Of a stretch of DNA of 64,000 nt, positions 50,612 through 62,772 are shown one piece after another. The position numbers and the translations under genes are program-made. Below the pieces are notes generated by a model that made no database searches, was not told where the DNA came from, and worked only from the letters and a program-made list of their open reading frames with translations. The stretch is from Malacoraja senta (taxonomy: Eukaryota). Within the stretch, counting starts at the first letter, position 1; every line of letters begins with the position of its first letter. The stretch covers positions 19,346,001-19,410,000 of the forward strand of contig CM075987.1 of NCBI GenBank assembly GCA_038087875.1. Reading direction: 5' to 3'.

Positions 50612-51054
50612 TCACAAAACTGGGCTCTCTAGTACACTAATACATTCACCTCCAGCAGTTTTTCATCAAGACATTAAAGTTCACCATTAAGCCTTATCTA
50701 TGTTCTCACAGTGACAGAAAAGACCCCGCAGTACGAAGAGCAGCAGGAGTTGCTCACCCCTAGGGTGCAACCAAAACTCATGAGCAACACCACACGAAAA
50801 ACAGCCTATGTTATCATCATTGTATTTCAAATGGTGAGAGATCATTCGATGTAAATCAACTGCTGCTTTTACTACACTGTCACGGTGCCAGGAATTTATT
50901 GGCAGTGAGATGAATTAGGACATCGTAGAAGGCGACATACTGGTGTGAGTCTTCCTCCTGCTGGTTGTACATTATGCAATGACATGTGGCTGACCGCAAA
51001 GCTGAAACAAAATTAAATTAGCTGTAGGTTATGTTTCAGAAAATGAACTGAATT

Positions 51055-51368
51055 TAGTTTAGATATCCAGCATGGAAACAGACCCTTCAGTCAACCAACT
51101 CTGACCACTGATCACCCATTCACACCAGTTTCATGTTATCCCACTTTCCCATCCAGTCTCCACACACCAAGGGTAATTTTACAGACAGAGGGTCGATTAA
51201 CCTACGAACCCGCATGTCTTTGGATGTGGGAGGAAACCGGAACACCCAGAGGAAACTAACCTGGTCGCAGGGAGAACGTACAAACTCCACACTGACAGCA
51301 GGCAAGGTCAGGATCAAACCCAGGTCTCTAGAGCTGTGAGGCAGCAGCTCTACCAGCTGCACCACTGT
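51055..51368 (-). mobile_element. HE1-type SINE
   Basis: Reverse-complement match to the other copies. Confidence 0.8.
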
Positions 51369-54300
51369 GTCTCTCTCAGCATCATTTAAGTATCATAGGG
51401 GAAGGTAGCTTTGCATAATATCATTGTTCACATGGAATATGTTTTTGATCTCATTGCAGATGTGGAAGACTTTTTTCTATGCAGTGTTACTTGTTTAGTC
51501 TGATCTCAGCAGAATGTGTGGTCTTCTCCTCCCAAGGATAATGTACTCAAGAAGTTGTCTTCCACGGCCTCATCCTCCAGTTTATATTGCTTCACTGCAC
51601 TTGACAGCTTTTGACGTTGACCTTTGCACCAGAAGCTTATGTTACTCTATTCCCCACCTACTTTCCTTAAATTGGCTTTGCACTTGCATGCTTTCAAACT
51701 TCATGAAAAACGCTGCGACGGATAATAGACCCCTTAAACGAATTCCAGATTTTCAGGCGAGCAGCTGTTGATGCAAGTGGCATCTCCACTTGTGAATTCT
51801 GACTCCACTACATATTCATGGCTGCTGTTCGCTCTGAATATTACAATATGCAGTGAGACTCAAAACCAGTACAGCAACTTACAACATTCATTTGACAGCA
51901 AAGGACGTTAATGCCTGGTTACAGCCGTAATGAAGCTCAAGCACTCACGATCCCCATGGAGCAGATTCTAATTCCCAAAACCGCTGAATTCCCACTCTCA
52001 TTAAAATATGGATTGTGAGACAGCTGCATCTTTCTGGACAGTCCTCATCTCCTGGTTAGAAGCCCAGGGATTTAAGTTGCATTTCAGAGATATGAGCATA
52101 AAGTGATGGCCAACACGTTGGTGTAGTGGAGACATAAGGAACTGCAGATGCTGTGACCTCGAGTAAACCACAAAGTGCTGGAGGAACTCAGGGGGTCAAA
52201 CAACATCTGTGGAGGGAATGGACAAGTGACATTTCCGGTCAGGACCATTCTTCACATTGAAATGTCGTCTGTCCATTCCCTCCACAAATGCTACCTGACC
52301 CACTGAGTTCTTCCAGCACTTTGTCTTTTACATTAATGGTCCTCAGCTTCCAAAATAGGTCTCCCTTGCTATAGTTTAAATAATCATTGTGAATTTATGT
52401 TGCATGTAGATCACAAAGCCCGAGAACCAGTTACTGGTTCATTTATCATCCAAAGTTTTGCACTTCGTGCCATAACCTGTATCATCCATACACATCACGT
52501 CCTTTCCTTATAGACCAATAGTGACCACTCGTTTGCCAAATCCTCATTTTTACATTCATGTGTCACACCTCCAGAACCTCCAACCCTACGGTCCTCTGAG
52601 AGCTCTGCGCTCAGCCAACTTTGACCTCTCAAGAATATCCTGCAATCATTGTCGACTGTGCCTCTCCATCAGTCTAAGTCCCAAGCTCTGGAACTGCCCC
52701 AACCCATGTTCTCCACCTCTTCACCATTAGAGACTACCGTTTTAAAAATCTCATAATGATTGCTTCTTTGACCCAATGTCAGTTTTTGTTTAACTATGCA
52801 GCTCTTGGGAAGTTTACTGTACAAAAGGCATGATACAAATGCATGTGGTCGCTTGGGGTTAGGGGATCAGTTCAGTTCAGTTTAGTTTGTTGTCACGTGT
52901 ACCGAGGTACAGTGAAAAGCTTTTGTTGTGTGCTATCCAGTCAGCAGAAAGGCAATTCATGATTACAATCGAGCCATTACCGTGTATTGATACATGATAA
53001 GGGAATAACATTTAGTGCAAGGTTAAGCCAGCAAAGTTCGAACAAGGATAGTCTGAGGGTCACTAATGAGGTAGATAGTAGTTCAGCACTGCTCTCTGGT
53101 TGTGGTAGGATGATTCGGTTGCATGATAACAGCTGGGGAGAAACTGTCCCTGAATCATTGCTTGTGCCTCAGGGCTACCAAAGGGTTCAGCATCTGGGCC
53201 GCAGGGAAGGCGATGTTTCTCAGCCCTGTAGTGGGCCAGCACCTGGAAGAACCCATGCTGAGCCACTTGTATTGGAGTGGACTCTGAAGTCCTCCTTTGT
53301 TTATTTGGGACATTCCCTATTCTGCGCCCCTTGGCGCAAGGTGTCATCGGGCTACAAGTTACTGTGGAACCATGGAGATTCTTCCTTCAAGGGAAAAAAC
53401 TGTGTAAATGGGAACCAATTCAAATTCCACTGTGGTATATTGTGCTGATACTCTGTCACTTATTTCATACACATTCCTGCATTACTCTTTAGTAATAAAT
53501 CTATGTCTTCCTTCTAATTAAAAATAACCAACCCACAGACTGACCTCTATGTCCGACCAAAACACACCTTGAAATATATTTTTGGGAGTCGTATTTTGGA
53601 AACTCATGGACCACAACAGGGCAGGGAGCAGTGATCTAGCTGCTTCTAACTCTGTGGCTGGAAGCGCTGTGTGTGCACCATCAGTTTAAAGCCATCGTCA
53701 ACTTGCACAGATTATAAATCTTAATGCTGTTTAAAATTGAGGCTGAATGCCTTGTCATTGTACAGTGCAAGTAAACAATATGTTTTACTTTAAAAACCTC
53801 TTGAAGAGATGTACTTGACATGGCAAATGATGTCGTATCATTTAAGATAAAATATTAACGTGATTACACTGATTGTCTTGACTAAATGCAATCCTCTTTA
53901 ATGAGAATCCTCTTTAATGAGAATTCAGTTAAAAGATCTGGGAAAGTTTATCATCAATACATCTGACAGCTTTGTAACAACATGCACATTATTCATTGTG
54001 AGCCAGTTTAGATAGACATTTGCACAAAATGCATATCACAGATGTAGAATGCTACATCTTTAGAATATTATTTAAATGAATAATTAAAAAGAAGGCAACA
54101 GAGTCCCTGTGGATTTCACTGACGTGCATCTTTCATAAATGGTGCTGAACTGGGCTTTGTCTCAGACAATGTTCAAAGCACATTCTCAAATCCAAGCATA
54201 GATTTAATGAGGATTTTACTTCACTGACCTGAAACTGTCCACTTAAAAATCTCGGGGCGCAGAAAATGATACAATGAATGTACACCTACCTGTGCTGTAA

Positions 54301-54759
54301 GGATGCAAGAAGCTGCCATTCCCTGCACTGTTCACTGGTTCATTAAGGCTCAAAGTAAATGCTTCAGAAATGTCACCATATCTTCCGCTGAGCTTTAGTA
54401 ACAGGATGCGAGCTGTTGCTGGAGTGAGCTTGGTGTAACGGAGCGAGGGATGGAAATCCCGGTCTTCCCAGCAGCTCCCTCTCCTGGGACTCAGGGGAGT
54501 CTAGAGCACAGTTAACCCTTGGTGGGGCAGATCGTGGTACAAGACCCCGAGCAAGCAGAGTAGGATGGAGACTTTGCCTTCACTGAAATCAGTTCAATGC
54601 ACATTCCCGCGGGAGGGAAACAATCCGCAGCTCGCCACAATGAATCAAAGCAAGTGTGTATGACAGCAATTCAGGAAGATCACACAGGAGATAAAACATT
54701 TAGCACCACAATAGTTCAGCTGGTAGAGCTGCTGCTCACAGTGCTAGAGACCCACATTC

Positions 54760-55610
54760 GAATGGTTGGGAGAGTGGGAAGAGAAATTGCAGATGGAATA
54801 TAGTGTAGCAAAGTGTGGAGTCATGCATTTTGGTAGAAAGAATAAAGGTGTAGACTATTTTCTAAATGGGGAGAGAATCCAGAAATCAGAGGTGCAAAGG
54901 GACTTGAGAGTGCCGGTGCAGGATTCCCAAATAGTTTCACTGCAAGTCGAATCAGTAGTAAAGAAAGCAAACTCAATGCTAGCATTTATTTCAAGAGGGC
55001 TTGTGTACAAAATCAGGGATGTAATGCTGAGGCACTATAAGGTGCTGGTAAGGCCACATTTGGAATACTGTGAGCAATTTTGGGCACCATATCTGAGGAA
55101 GGATGTGCTGGCTCTGGAAAGGGTCCAGAGGAGGTTTACAAGAATGCTCCCAGGAATGAGTAGGTTAACCTAAGATGAGCATTTGTTGGCACCGGGCCTG
55201 TACTCGCTGGAGTTTAGAAGAATGAGGGGGGACCCCATTGAAACATACAGAATAGTGAAAAGCTTGGATAGACTGGATGTGGAGAGGATATTTCCACCAG
55301 TGGGAGAGTCTAGGACTAGAAGTCATACCCTCAGAATTAAAGGACATTCTTTTAGGAAGGAGATGAGGAGAAATTTATTTAGTTAGAGGGTGGTGAATCT
55401 GTGGATTTTTTTTCCACAGAAGGCTGTGGACGCCAAGTTAGTGAATATTTTTAAGGCAGAGATGGATAGATTCTTGATTAGTACAGGTGTCAGAGGTTAT
55501 GGGGTGAAGGCAGGAGAATTGGGTTTGGAGGGAGAGATAGATCAGCCATGATTGAATGGCGGAGTAGACTTGATGGGCCGAATGGCCTAATTGTGCTCCT
55601 ATTCCTTATG
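54760..55610 (+). mobile_element. Older CR1 LINE 3' fragment inserted in an HE1-type SINE
   Basis: ORF2 C-terminal similarity (KCGVMHFG, RPHLEYCEQFWAP). SINE head at about 54702-54759; SINE body resumes at about 55615. Confidence 0.9.
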
Positions 55611-55979
55611 ACAAATCCTGACCTTGGGTGCGTGGAGTTTGCACGTTCTCCCTGTGACCGCATGGGTTTCCTCTGGGGGGGCTCCGGTTTCCTTCCATAT
55701 CCCCAAAACATGCGGGTTCATAGGTTAAGTGGCCTTTGTAAATTGCCCGTGGTGTGTATGGAGTGGATGAGAAAGTGGACTAGTATGACCAGGTGGTCAA
55801 TGGTCGGCATGGACTGAGTGGGCGGAAATGCCGATTGACATGCGGTATATCTAAACCAAACTAAGGTTGAATTTCACCTCTGTGGGTTGTTTTGATTTGA
55901 GGTAGGGTGAATTATGTCCTTACTGCTGGATGGCAGGGTGAGTGGCTTTACCAAGATTAAGATGCACAGTGAGGAACAC

Positions 55980-56470
55980 ATTTAGGTTGAGGTTTATTAT
56001 TCTCATGCGCACCTAGGTACAGTGAAAGGTTTTGTTTTGCATGCTATCCAATCAGATTACATAATACTAGACATAAATGCAATCAGGCCAAACTCAAGTG
56101 CAATAGGTAGAGTGAGAGGAAAGATACAGAAAATAGATCTAGGCATTGAAGCGTAACATTCCAGAAGTAAAGTCTAAAGTCCATAATGGGGTAGAGTTGA
56201 ATCGGATAGTACTTTAGCTTATGGAAGGACCATTCAGAATAACAGAGGGGAAGAAGCTGTACCTGAGTTTGGTGGTGCACACTTTCAAGCTTCTGTACCT
56301 TCTGCCCAACAGGAGTGGGGAGAAGGAATGGCCAGAATGAGAAAGGTCCTTGATTATGTTGGCTGCTTTACAGAGGCAGCATGAAGTGTAGTGGGGGGAG
56401 TCTGGTCTGTGTGATAGTCTGGGCCATATCCACGACCCTATACATTGCGGATGAAGGACTACTGCCGTAC
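55980..56470 (-). mobile_element. Rex1/Babar-type LINE 3' fragment
   Basis: [13 protein letters not shown]...GRRYRSLK...SFFP. Confidence 0.7.
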
Positions 56471-57305
56471 CTGATGGAAGGGGGCTTGAAAATGGACCAG
56501 GCAATAAAGCATGCATAGATCGCATTCAAAGGTACCTCTTGTACGCAGTTGTGCACACTTACGCAAGTAGCTACATATGTTCCCAGTTAACAAGACGCTG
56601 AGTTAACAAGCTACTTCTCACAGCTTTGATTTTTTTCAATTTTGCATCCTGTCTGAGCCAGATGGACATTGAGTGAAGTTGTTTATTCAAAAGGTCAACT
56701 GTAAAGGTCAACAATATGCACGGCTCAGAGAGGATGGTGAGAGCTTCATTTCCATAAGCACTTCACAGGAAGGAACAGTTCTTTCATCGGCTGCTAAGAG
56801 AAAGGGGAAGGAACTCAGGAGATGGAATCTCTGCTCTGTCTATTAGGACTCCAGCAAGAATCTTCTTTCAGAAGGTGCACATAACATAATCAGTGTGTGC
56901 CTTGCATGAAAGTCTGACTTTTGACTTCTTGGCAGGATACCTAATCCCCTCACTGGTTAGAGTGTTGTGTGCAGAGGAGATGCATGAGGAAGTTGCCTGG
57001 ATTGAGCTTCAGTTATGGGGTCAGGGTTGGAAAGAGTGCAGAGGAGATTGACCTAGATGTTACCTGGGCTTGTGTTATAGGGAGAGGTTGGATAGATTGG
57101 GACTTCTTTCTATCGAGGGTAGGAGGCTGAGCAGCAGGGCCGGTCTTAAGCCAATTGGACCAATGGCTCCCAATTGGGCCCTGCGCCTAAGGGGTCCCGC
57201 GCTAGAGTAATCTACTCTCGACTCGTCAATTACACACAACACATTGCAATATATACGTAACACCACATTGCAGGTTCTACAGAGATTTCTGTGGTTGCTG
57301 TAAAT

Positions 57306-60300
57306 ATGAGTTAAAGACTAAGGGACATCGGCAGAACATATTTGAGTGGCAGTAAGAAGAGGGCCGAAGAAGAAAAGGAGAAAGGTGCATTAGATAAGTA
57401 CTTCAACAAAACTATCTCAGAAAATGCTGAAGAGCAAGTGGAGCCACAACACAGTGAAGATGATGACACTGAAGGAAGCCAGTCTGAAAAGGTTATGCAA
57501 GACATTCAAAGTGGGATTTACTGAAAGTGAGATCGGCCATTTCAAAAGTGTTGAATTTGACAAACAAGGAAACTCGCCTGTTGACATGACTCTGAGGCAA
57601 GGGAGAATGGGAATTCAAAATATGCCAGTTTTGTAGAATTAACAGATGATCCTGCAACATGTCCAGAAATGATGTCAGAATGGATCACGTTTTTCAAAAT
57701 TTCACTGCGAAAGAAAACTGCCAAGTGGTAGATACATAGATACATAGAAAATAGGTGCAGGAGTAGGCCATTCGGCCCTTCGAGCCTGCACCGCCATTCA
57801 ATATGATCATGGCTGATCATCCAACTCAGTATCCCGTACCTGCCTTCTCTCCATACCCCCTGATCCCTTTAGCCACAAGGGCCACATCTAACTCCCTCTT
57901 AAATATAGCCAATGAACTGGCGTCAACTACCCTCTGTGGCAGAGAGTTCCAGAGATTCACCACTCTCTGTGTGAAAAAGTTTTTCCTCATCTCGGTCTTA
58001 AAGGATTTCCCCCTTATCCTTAAGCTGTGACCCCTTGTCCTGGACTTCCCCAACATCGGGAACAATCTTCCTGCATCTAGCCTGTCCAACCCCATAAGAA
58101 TTTTGTACGTTTCTATAAGATCCCCTCTCAATCTCCTAAATTCTAGCGAGTATAAGCCAAGTCTATCCAGTCTTTCTTCATATGAAAGTCCTGACATCCC
58201 AGGAATCAGTCTGGTGAACCTTCTCTGCACTCCCTCTATGGCTATAATGTCCTTCCTCAGATTTGGAGACCAAAACTGTACGCAATACTCCAGGTGTGGT
58301 CTCACCAAGACCCTGTACAACTGCAGTAGAACCTCCCTGCTCCTATACTCAAATCCTCTTGCTATGAAGGCCAACATATCATTCGCTTTCTTCACTGCCT
58401 GCTGCACCTGCATGCCTACTTTCAATGACTGGTGTACCATGACACCCAGGTCTCGCTGCACCTCCCCATTTCCTAATCGGCCACCATTTAGATAATAGTC
58501 TGCCTTCCCGTTTTCGCCACCAAAGTGGATAACCTCACATTTATCCACATTATACTGCATCTGCCAAACATTTGCCCACTCCCCCAGCCTATCCAAGTCA
58601 CCTTGCAGTCTCCTAGCATCCTCCTCACAGCTAACACTGCCCCCCAGCTTAGTGTCATCCGCAAACTTGGAGATGTTGCTTTCAATTCCCTCGTCCAGAT
58701 CATTAATATAAATTGTAAATAGCTGGGGTCCCAGCACTGAGCCTTGCGGTACCCCACTAGTCACTGCCTGCCATTGTGAAAAGGACCCGTTTACTCCTAC
58801 TCTTTGCTTCCTGTTTGCCAGCCAGTTCTCTATCCACATCAATACTGAACCCCCAATACCGTGTGATTTAAGCTTGTATCCTAATCTCTTATGTGGTACC
58901 TTGTCGAAAGCCTTCTGAAAGTCCAGATACAACACATCCACTGGTTCTCCCCTATCCACTCTACTAGTTACATCCTCGAAAAATTCTATAAGATTCGTCA
59001 GACACGATTTACCTTTCGTAAATCCATGCTGACTTTGTCCAATGATTTCACCACATTCCAAATGTGCTGCTATCCCATCTTTAATAACTGACTCTAGCAG
59101 TTTCCCCACTACCGATGTTAGACTAACTGGTCTGTAATTCCCCGTTTTCTCTCTCCCTCCCTTCTTAAAAAGTGGGGTTACGTTTGCTACCCTCCAATCC
59201 TCAGGAACTACTCCAGAATCTAAAGAATTTTGAAAAATTATCACTAATGCATCCACTATTTCTGGAGCTACTTCCTTAAGTACTCTGGGATGCAGCCTAT
59301 CTGGCCCTGGTGATTTATCGGCCTTTAATCCATTCAATTTACCCAACACCACTTCCCGACTAACCTGGATTTCACTCAGTTCCTCCATCTCCTTTGACCC
59401 GCGGCCCCCTGCTATTTCCGGCAGATTATTTATGTCTTCCTTAGTGAAGACGGAACCAAAGTAGTTATTCAATTGGTCCGCCATATCCTTGTTCCCCATG
59501 ACCAATTCACCTGTTTCTGACTGCAAGGGACCTACATTTGTTTTAACTAATCTCTTTCTCTTCACATATCTATAAAAAATGTTGCAGTCAGTTTTTATGT
59601 TCCCTGCCAGTTTCCTTTCATAATCTATTTTCCCTTTCCTAATTAAGCCCTTTGTCCTCCTCTGCTGGTCTCTGAATTTCTCCCAGTCCTCTGGTATGCT
59701 GCTTTTTCTGGCTAATTTGTACGCAACATCTTTTGCTTTGATACTATCCCTGATTTCCCTTGTTATCCACGGATGCACTACCTTCCCTGATTTATTCTTT
59801 TGCCAAACTGGGATGAACATTTTTTGTAGTTCATCCATGCAGTCTTTAAATGCCTTCCATTGCATATCCACCGTCAACCCTTTTAGAACTAATTGCCAGT
59901 CAATCTTGGCCAATTCACGTCTCATATCCTCAAAGTTACCTTTCTTTAAGTTCAGAACCGTTGTTTCTGAATTAACAATGTCACTCTCCATCCTAATGAA
60001 GAACTCAACCATATTATGGTCACTCTTGCCCAAGGGGGCACGCACAACAAGTCTGCTAACTAACCCTTCCTAATTACTCAATACCCAGTCTAGAATAGCC
60101 TGCTCTCTCGTTGGTTCCTCTACATGTTGGTTTAGATAACTATCCCTCATACATTCCAAGAAATCCTCTTCCTCAGCACCCCTACCAATTTGATTCACCC
60201 AATCTATATGTAGATTGAAGTCACCCATTATAACTGTTTTGCCTTTGTTGCACGCATTTCTAATTTCCTGTTTGATGCCATCCCCAACTTCACTACTACT

Positions 60301-62772
60301 GCTAGGTGGCCTGTACACAACACCCACCAGCGTTTTCTGCCCCTTAGTATTTCGTAGCTCTACCCATACCGATTCCACATCCTCCAAGCTAATGTCCTTC
60401 CTTTCCACTGCGTTAATCTCCTCTCTAACCAGCAACGCTACCCCACCTCCTTTTCCTTTCTCTCTATCCCTCCTGAATATTGAATATCCCTGGATGTTCA
60501 GCTCCCAGCCTTGGTCACCCTGGAGCCATGTCTCCGTGATCCCAACTATATCATAATCATTAATTGCTATCTGCACGTTCAACTCATCGACCTTATTACG
60601 AATGCTCCTTGCATTGAGACACAAAGCCTTCAGGTGAAATTGTAGATCGTCCATGGCTAATATACTCTGTATCAAGTGATAAAATCTTCTATTACTACTG
60701 CCAGCTTTTTGATAATAACGCAGAAAGTGCACTTGCAAGTTGCGGTTTTAATAACTGGCCGAACATTCATACAAGACATGCTGAGCATGAGAACTCCAAA
60801 AAGCATTTGCAAGCTATGCTCAGTTGCTGTGAACTGCAGCAAAGATTATCTGCTGAAAAAACTATTGATGAAGTGGTAGAAAAACTAATCAGACAAGAAG
60901 CAAAACACTAGCATCAAGCGTTTGAGCGACTTGTAGCCACTGTACAGTTCCTAACAGAAAGAAACTTGCCATTCCGGGGATCTAAGGAAAACATAGGAAC
61001 ACCACATAATGGAAATTTCTTTGGTGTTATTGAGTTGCTAGAAAAGTTTGATCCAGTAATGCAAGATCTGCGAAAAATCCAGAATAAGGAAATACAAGAT
61101 CATTATTTAGGAAAGATAATCCAGAATGAGCTTATTAATATAATGGGTCAAGCTGTTCTACAGGAAATCATATTGCGAATCAAGGCTGCTAAGTATTTTG
61201 CAGTAATTCTCGACTGTACTCCTGACATCAGTCATCAGGAGCAAATGTCAATGGTAATTAAATATGTAGCTGATGGTGTACAATCAAATGCTCCAGCAGG
61301 AATATATGAACATTTCATCAAGTTTTTAGTGGTGGAAAGTAGTACAGGTGAAAATGTGTACAACACCCTTCCACATGAACTTGAAACATTAGGGCTGGAT
61401 GTTGAAAATATCCGTGGACAAGGGTATGATAATGGTGCCAATATGAAGGGACACACCTCACGTGTACAGGCACGACTTCTACAGAAGAATTCAAGAGCTT
61501 TCTTTACACCATGCGCATGTCACAACTCCAACCTAGTTTTGGAAGACATGGCCAAGACATGTCCAGATGCGATGACTTTCTTTGGAACTCTGCAGTGTAT
61601 TTACACCCTTTTTGCATCATCTACTAAAAGATGGACTGTTTTTAGAAAACATGTGACAGATCTGTCTGTAAAATCCCTCTCTGAAACACGATGGGAATGT
61701 AGAATGGAAAGTGTCAAAGCTGTACGGTACCAAGCTGCTGATGTTTGTAATACACTAGAAGAGTTAGCAGAAAACACTGATGATGCTCAAGCAAAAAGCG
61801 ATGCTGAATCGTTAGTCAGTCAAATGAGATATTACAAGTTTCTGGTCTCACTAGTTTTCTGGCACTCCTTACTCTTTCAAGTAAATTTTGTGAGTAAGGA
61901 ACTTCAGAGTGATACCATGTATGTTGCTATAGGGCTTTCTTCATTTCAAAAGCTTTGTAACTGGTTAAAGACATACAGGGAAAAGGGTTTTGATGAAGCC
62001 TTGATTGACGCTAGTGAACTTGTCAAAAAAAGACCTAGATGCTGAGCCTGTTTTCAAGACACAGAGTAAGCGCTTACGCAAAAAAAGAAAATTATTTGAT
62101 TATAAATCAAATAATGAACCTTTGCCAGATCCAGAAACAGCCTTCAGAGTGCAATGTTTTAATCAGGTGGTAGATAAAGCACTGCAAACACTTGAGCCAC
62201 GGTTTGAACAACTGAAAAGGTATCAACATTTATTTGGATTCTTGTGCAATTTTCAGGACCTGTCCAAGGACACCATAAGAAAATGTGCAGCAGATCTGGA
62301 AGTGGCATTGACAGAGGTCAAGCTGGGGCAGGAAAAAGATCAATTTAAAACCACAAAACTGGTTGATATATCGATGGATACATGCTTAGTGAGGATATGG
62401 AGGCACTAAAGCCAATTCTGCCACCAGAGATTCAAAACCCCATGAAAATGCTTAAATTCCTTGCTTGTAACAACAGGTCTACCGCATTTCCAAATTTATT
62501 TCTTGCTCTTCGGATTTTCCTGACAATCCCAGTGACTGTGGCATCTGGAGAAAGGAGTTTATCCAAGCTGAAACTGTTCAAAACTTACTTGAGATCATCA
62601 ATTCAGCAAGAACGTTTGAACAGTTTGGCAATTATGTCCATTGAATCTGAAATTAGCAGGTGTTAACTTATTAAACAATTTATTGACAAATCATGAACTT
62701 ATTAACAAATTAACAGACAAAATTCTAAAAGACATTGCAGAGAAAAAAGCAAGAAAGATAACTTTCTCATAA
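57306..62772 (+). pseudogene. hAT (ZMYM1-like/DUF4371 plus hATC dimerisation) transposase pseudogene, split at 57729/60633
   Basis: N-terminal YLSGSKKR..; TTF-type zinc-finger-like RKLPSG|EIVDRPWLIYS across the CR1; core ILDCTPDISHQEQ, GQGYDNGANM, PCACH, SETRW; C-terminal FPNL..ALRIFLTIPVTVASGERSLSKLKL.KTYLRSS..QERL. Several stops and frameshifts. Confidence 0.92.
57730..60632 (-). mobile_element. Young CR1-clade LINE, 5'-truncated at the start of ORF2 (APE endonuclease plus RT)
   Basis: LNARSIRNK, GITETW, GDFN and SDH endonuclease motifs; RT motifs [10 protein letters not shown] and KFADD. A single in-frame TAG at 60070-60072. 3' UTR with (TATCTATG)n tail. Confidence 0.97.

Noticed and set aside
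60966..62666. Host ZMYM1-like or domesticated gene
   Set aside because: It lies between TIRs and an 8-bp TSD, has no introns, and carries stops, frameshifts and a LINE insertion.
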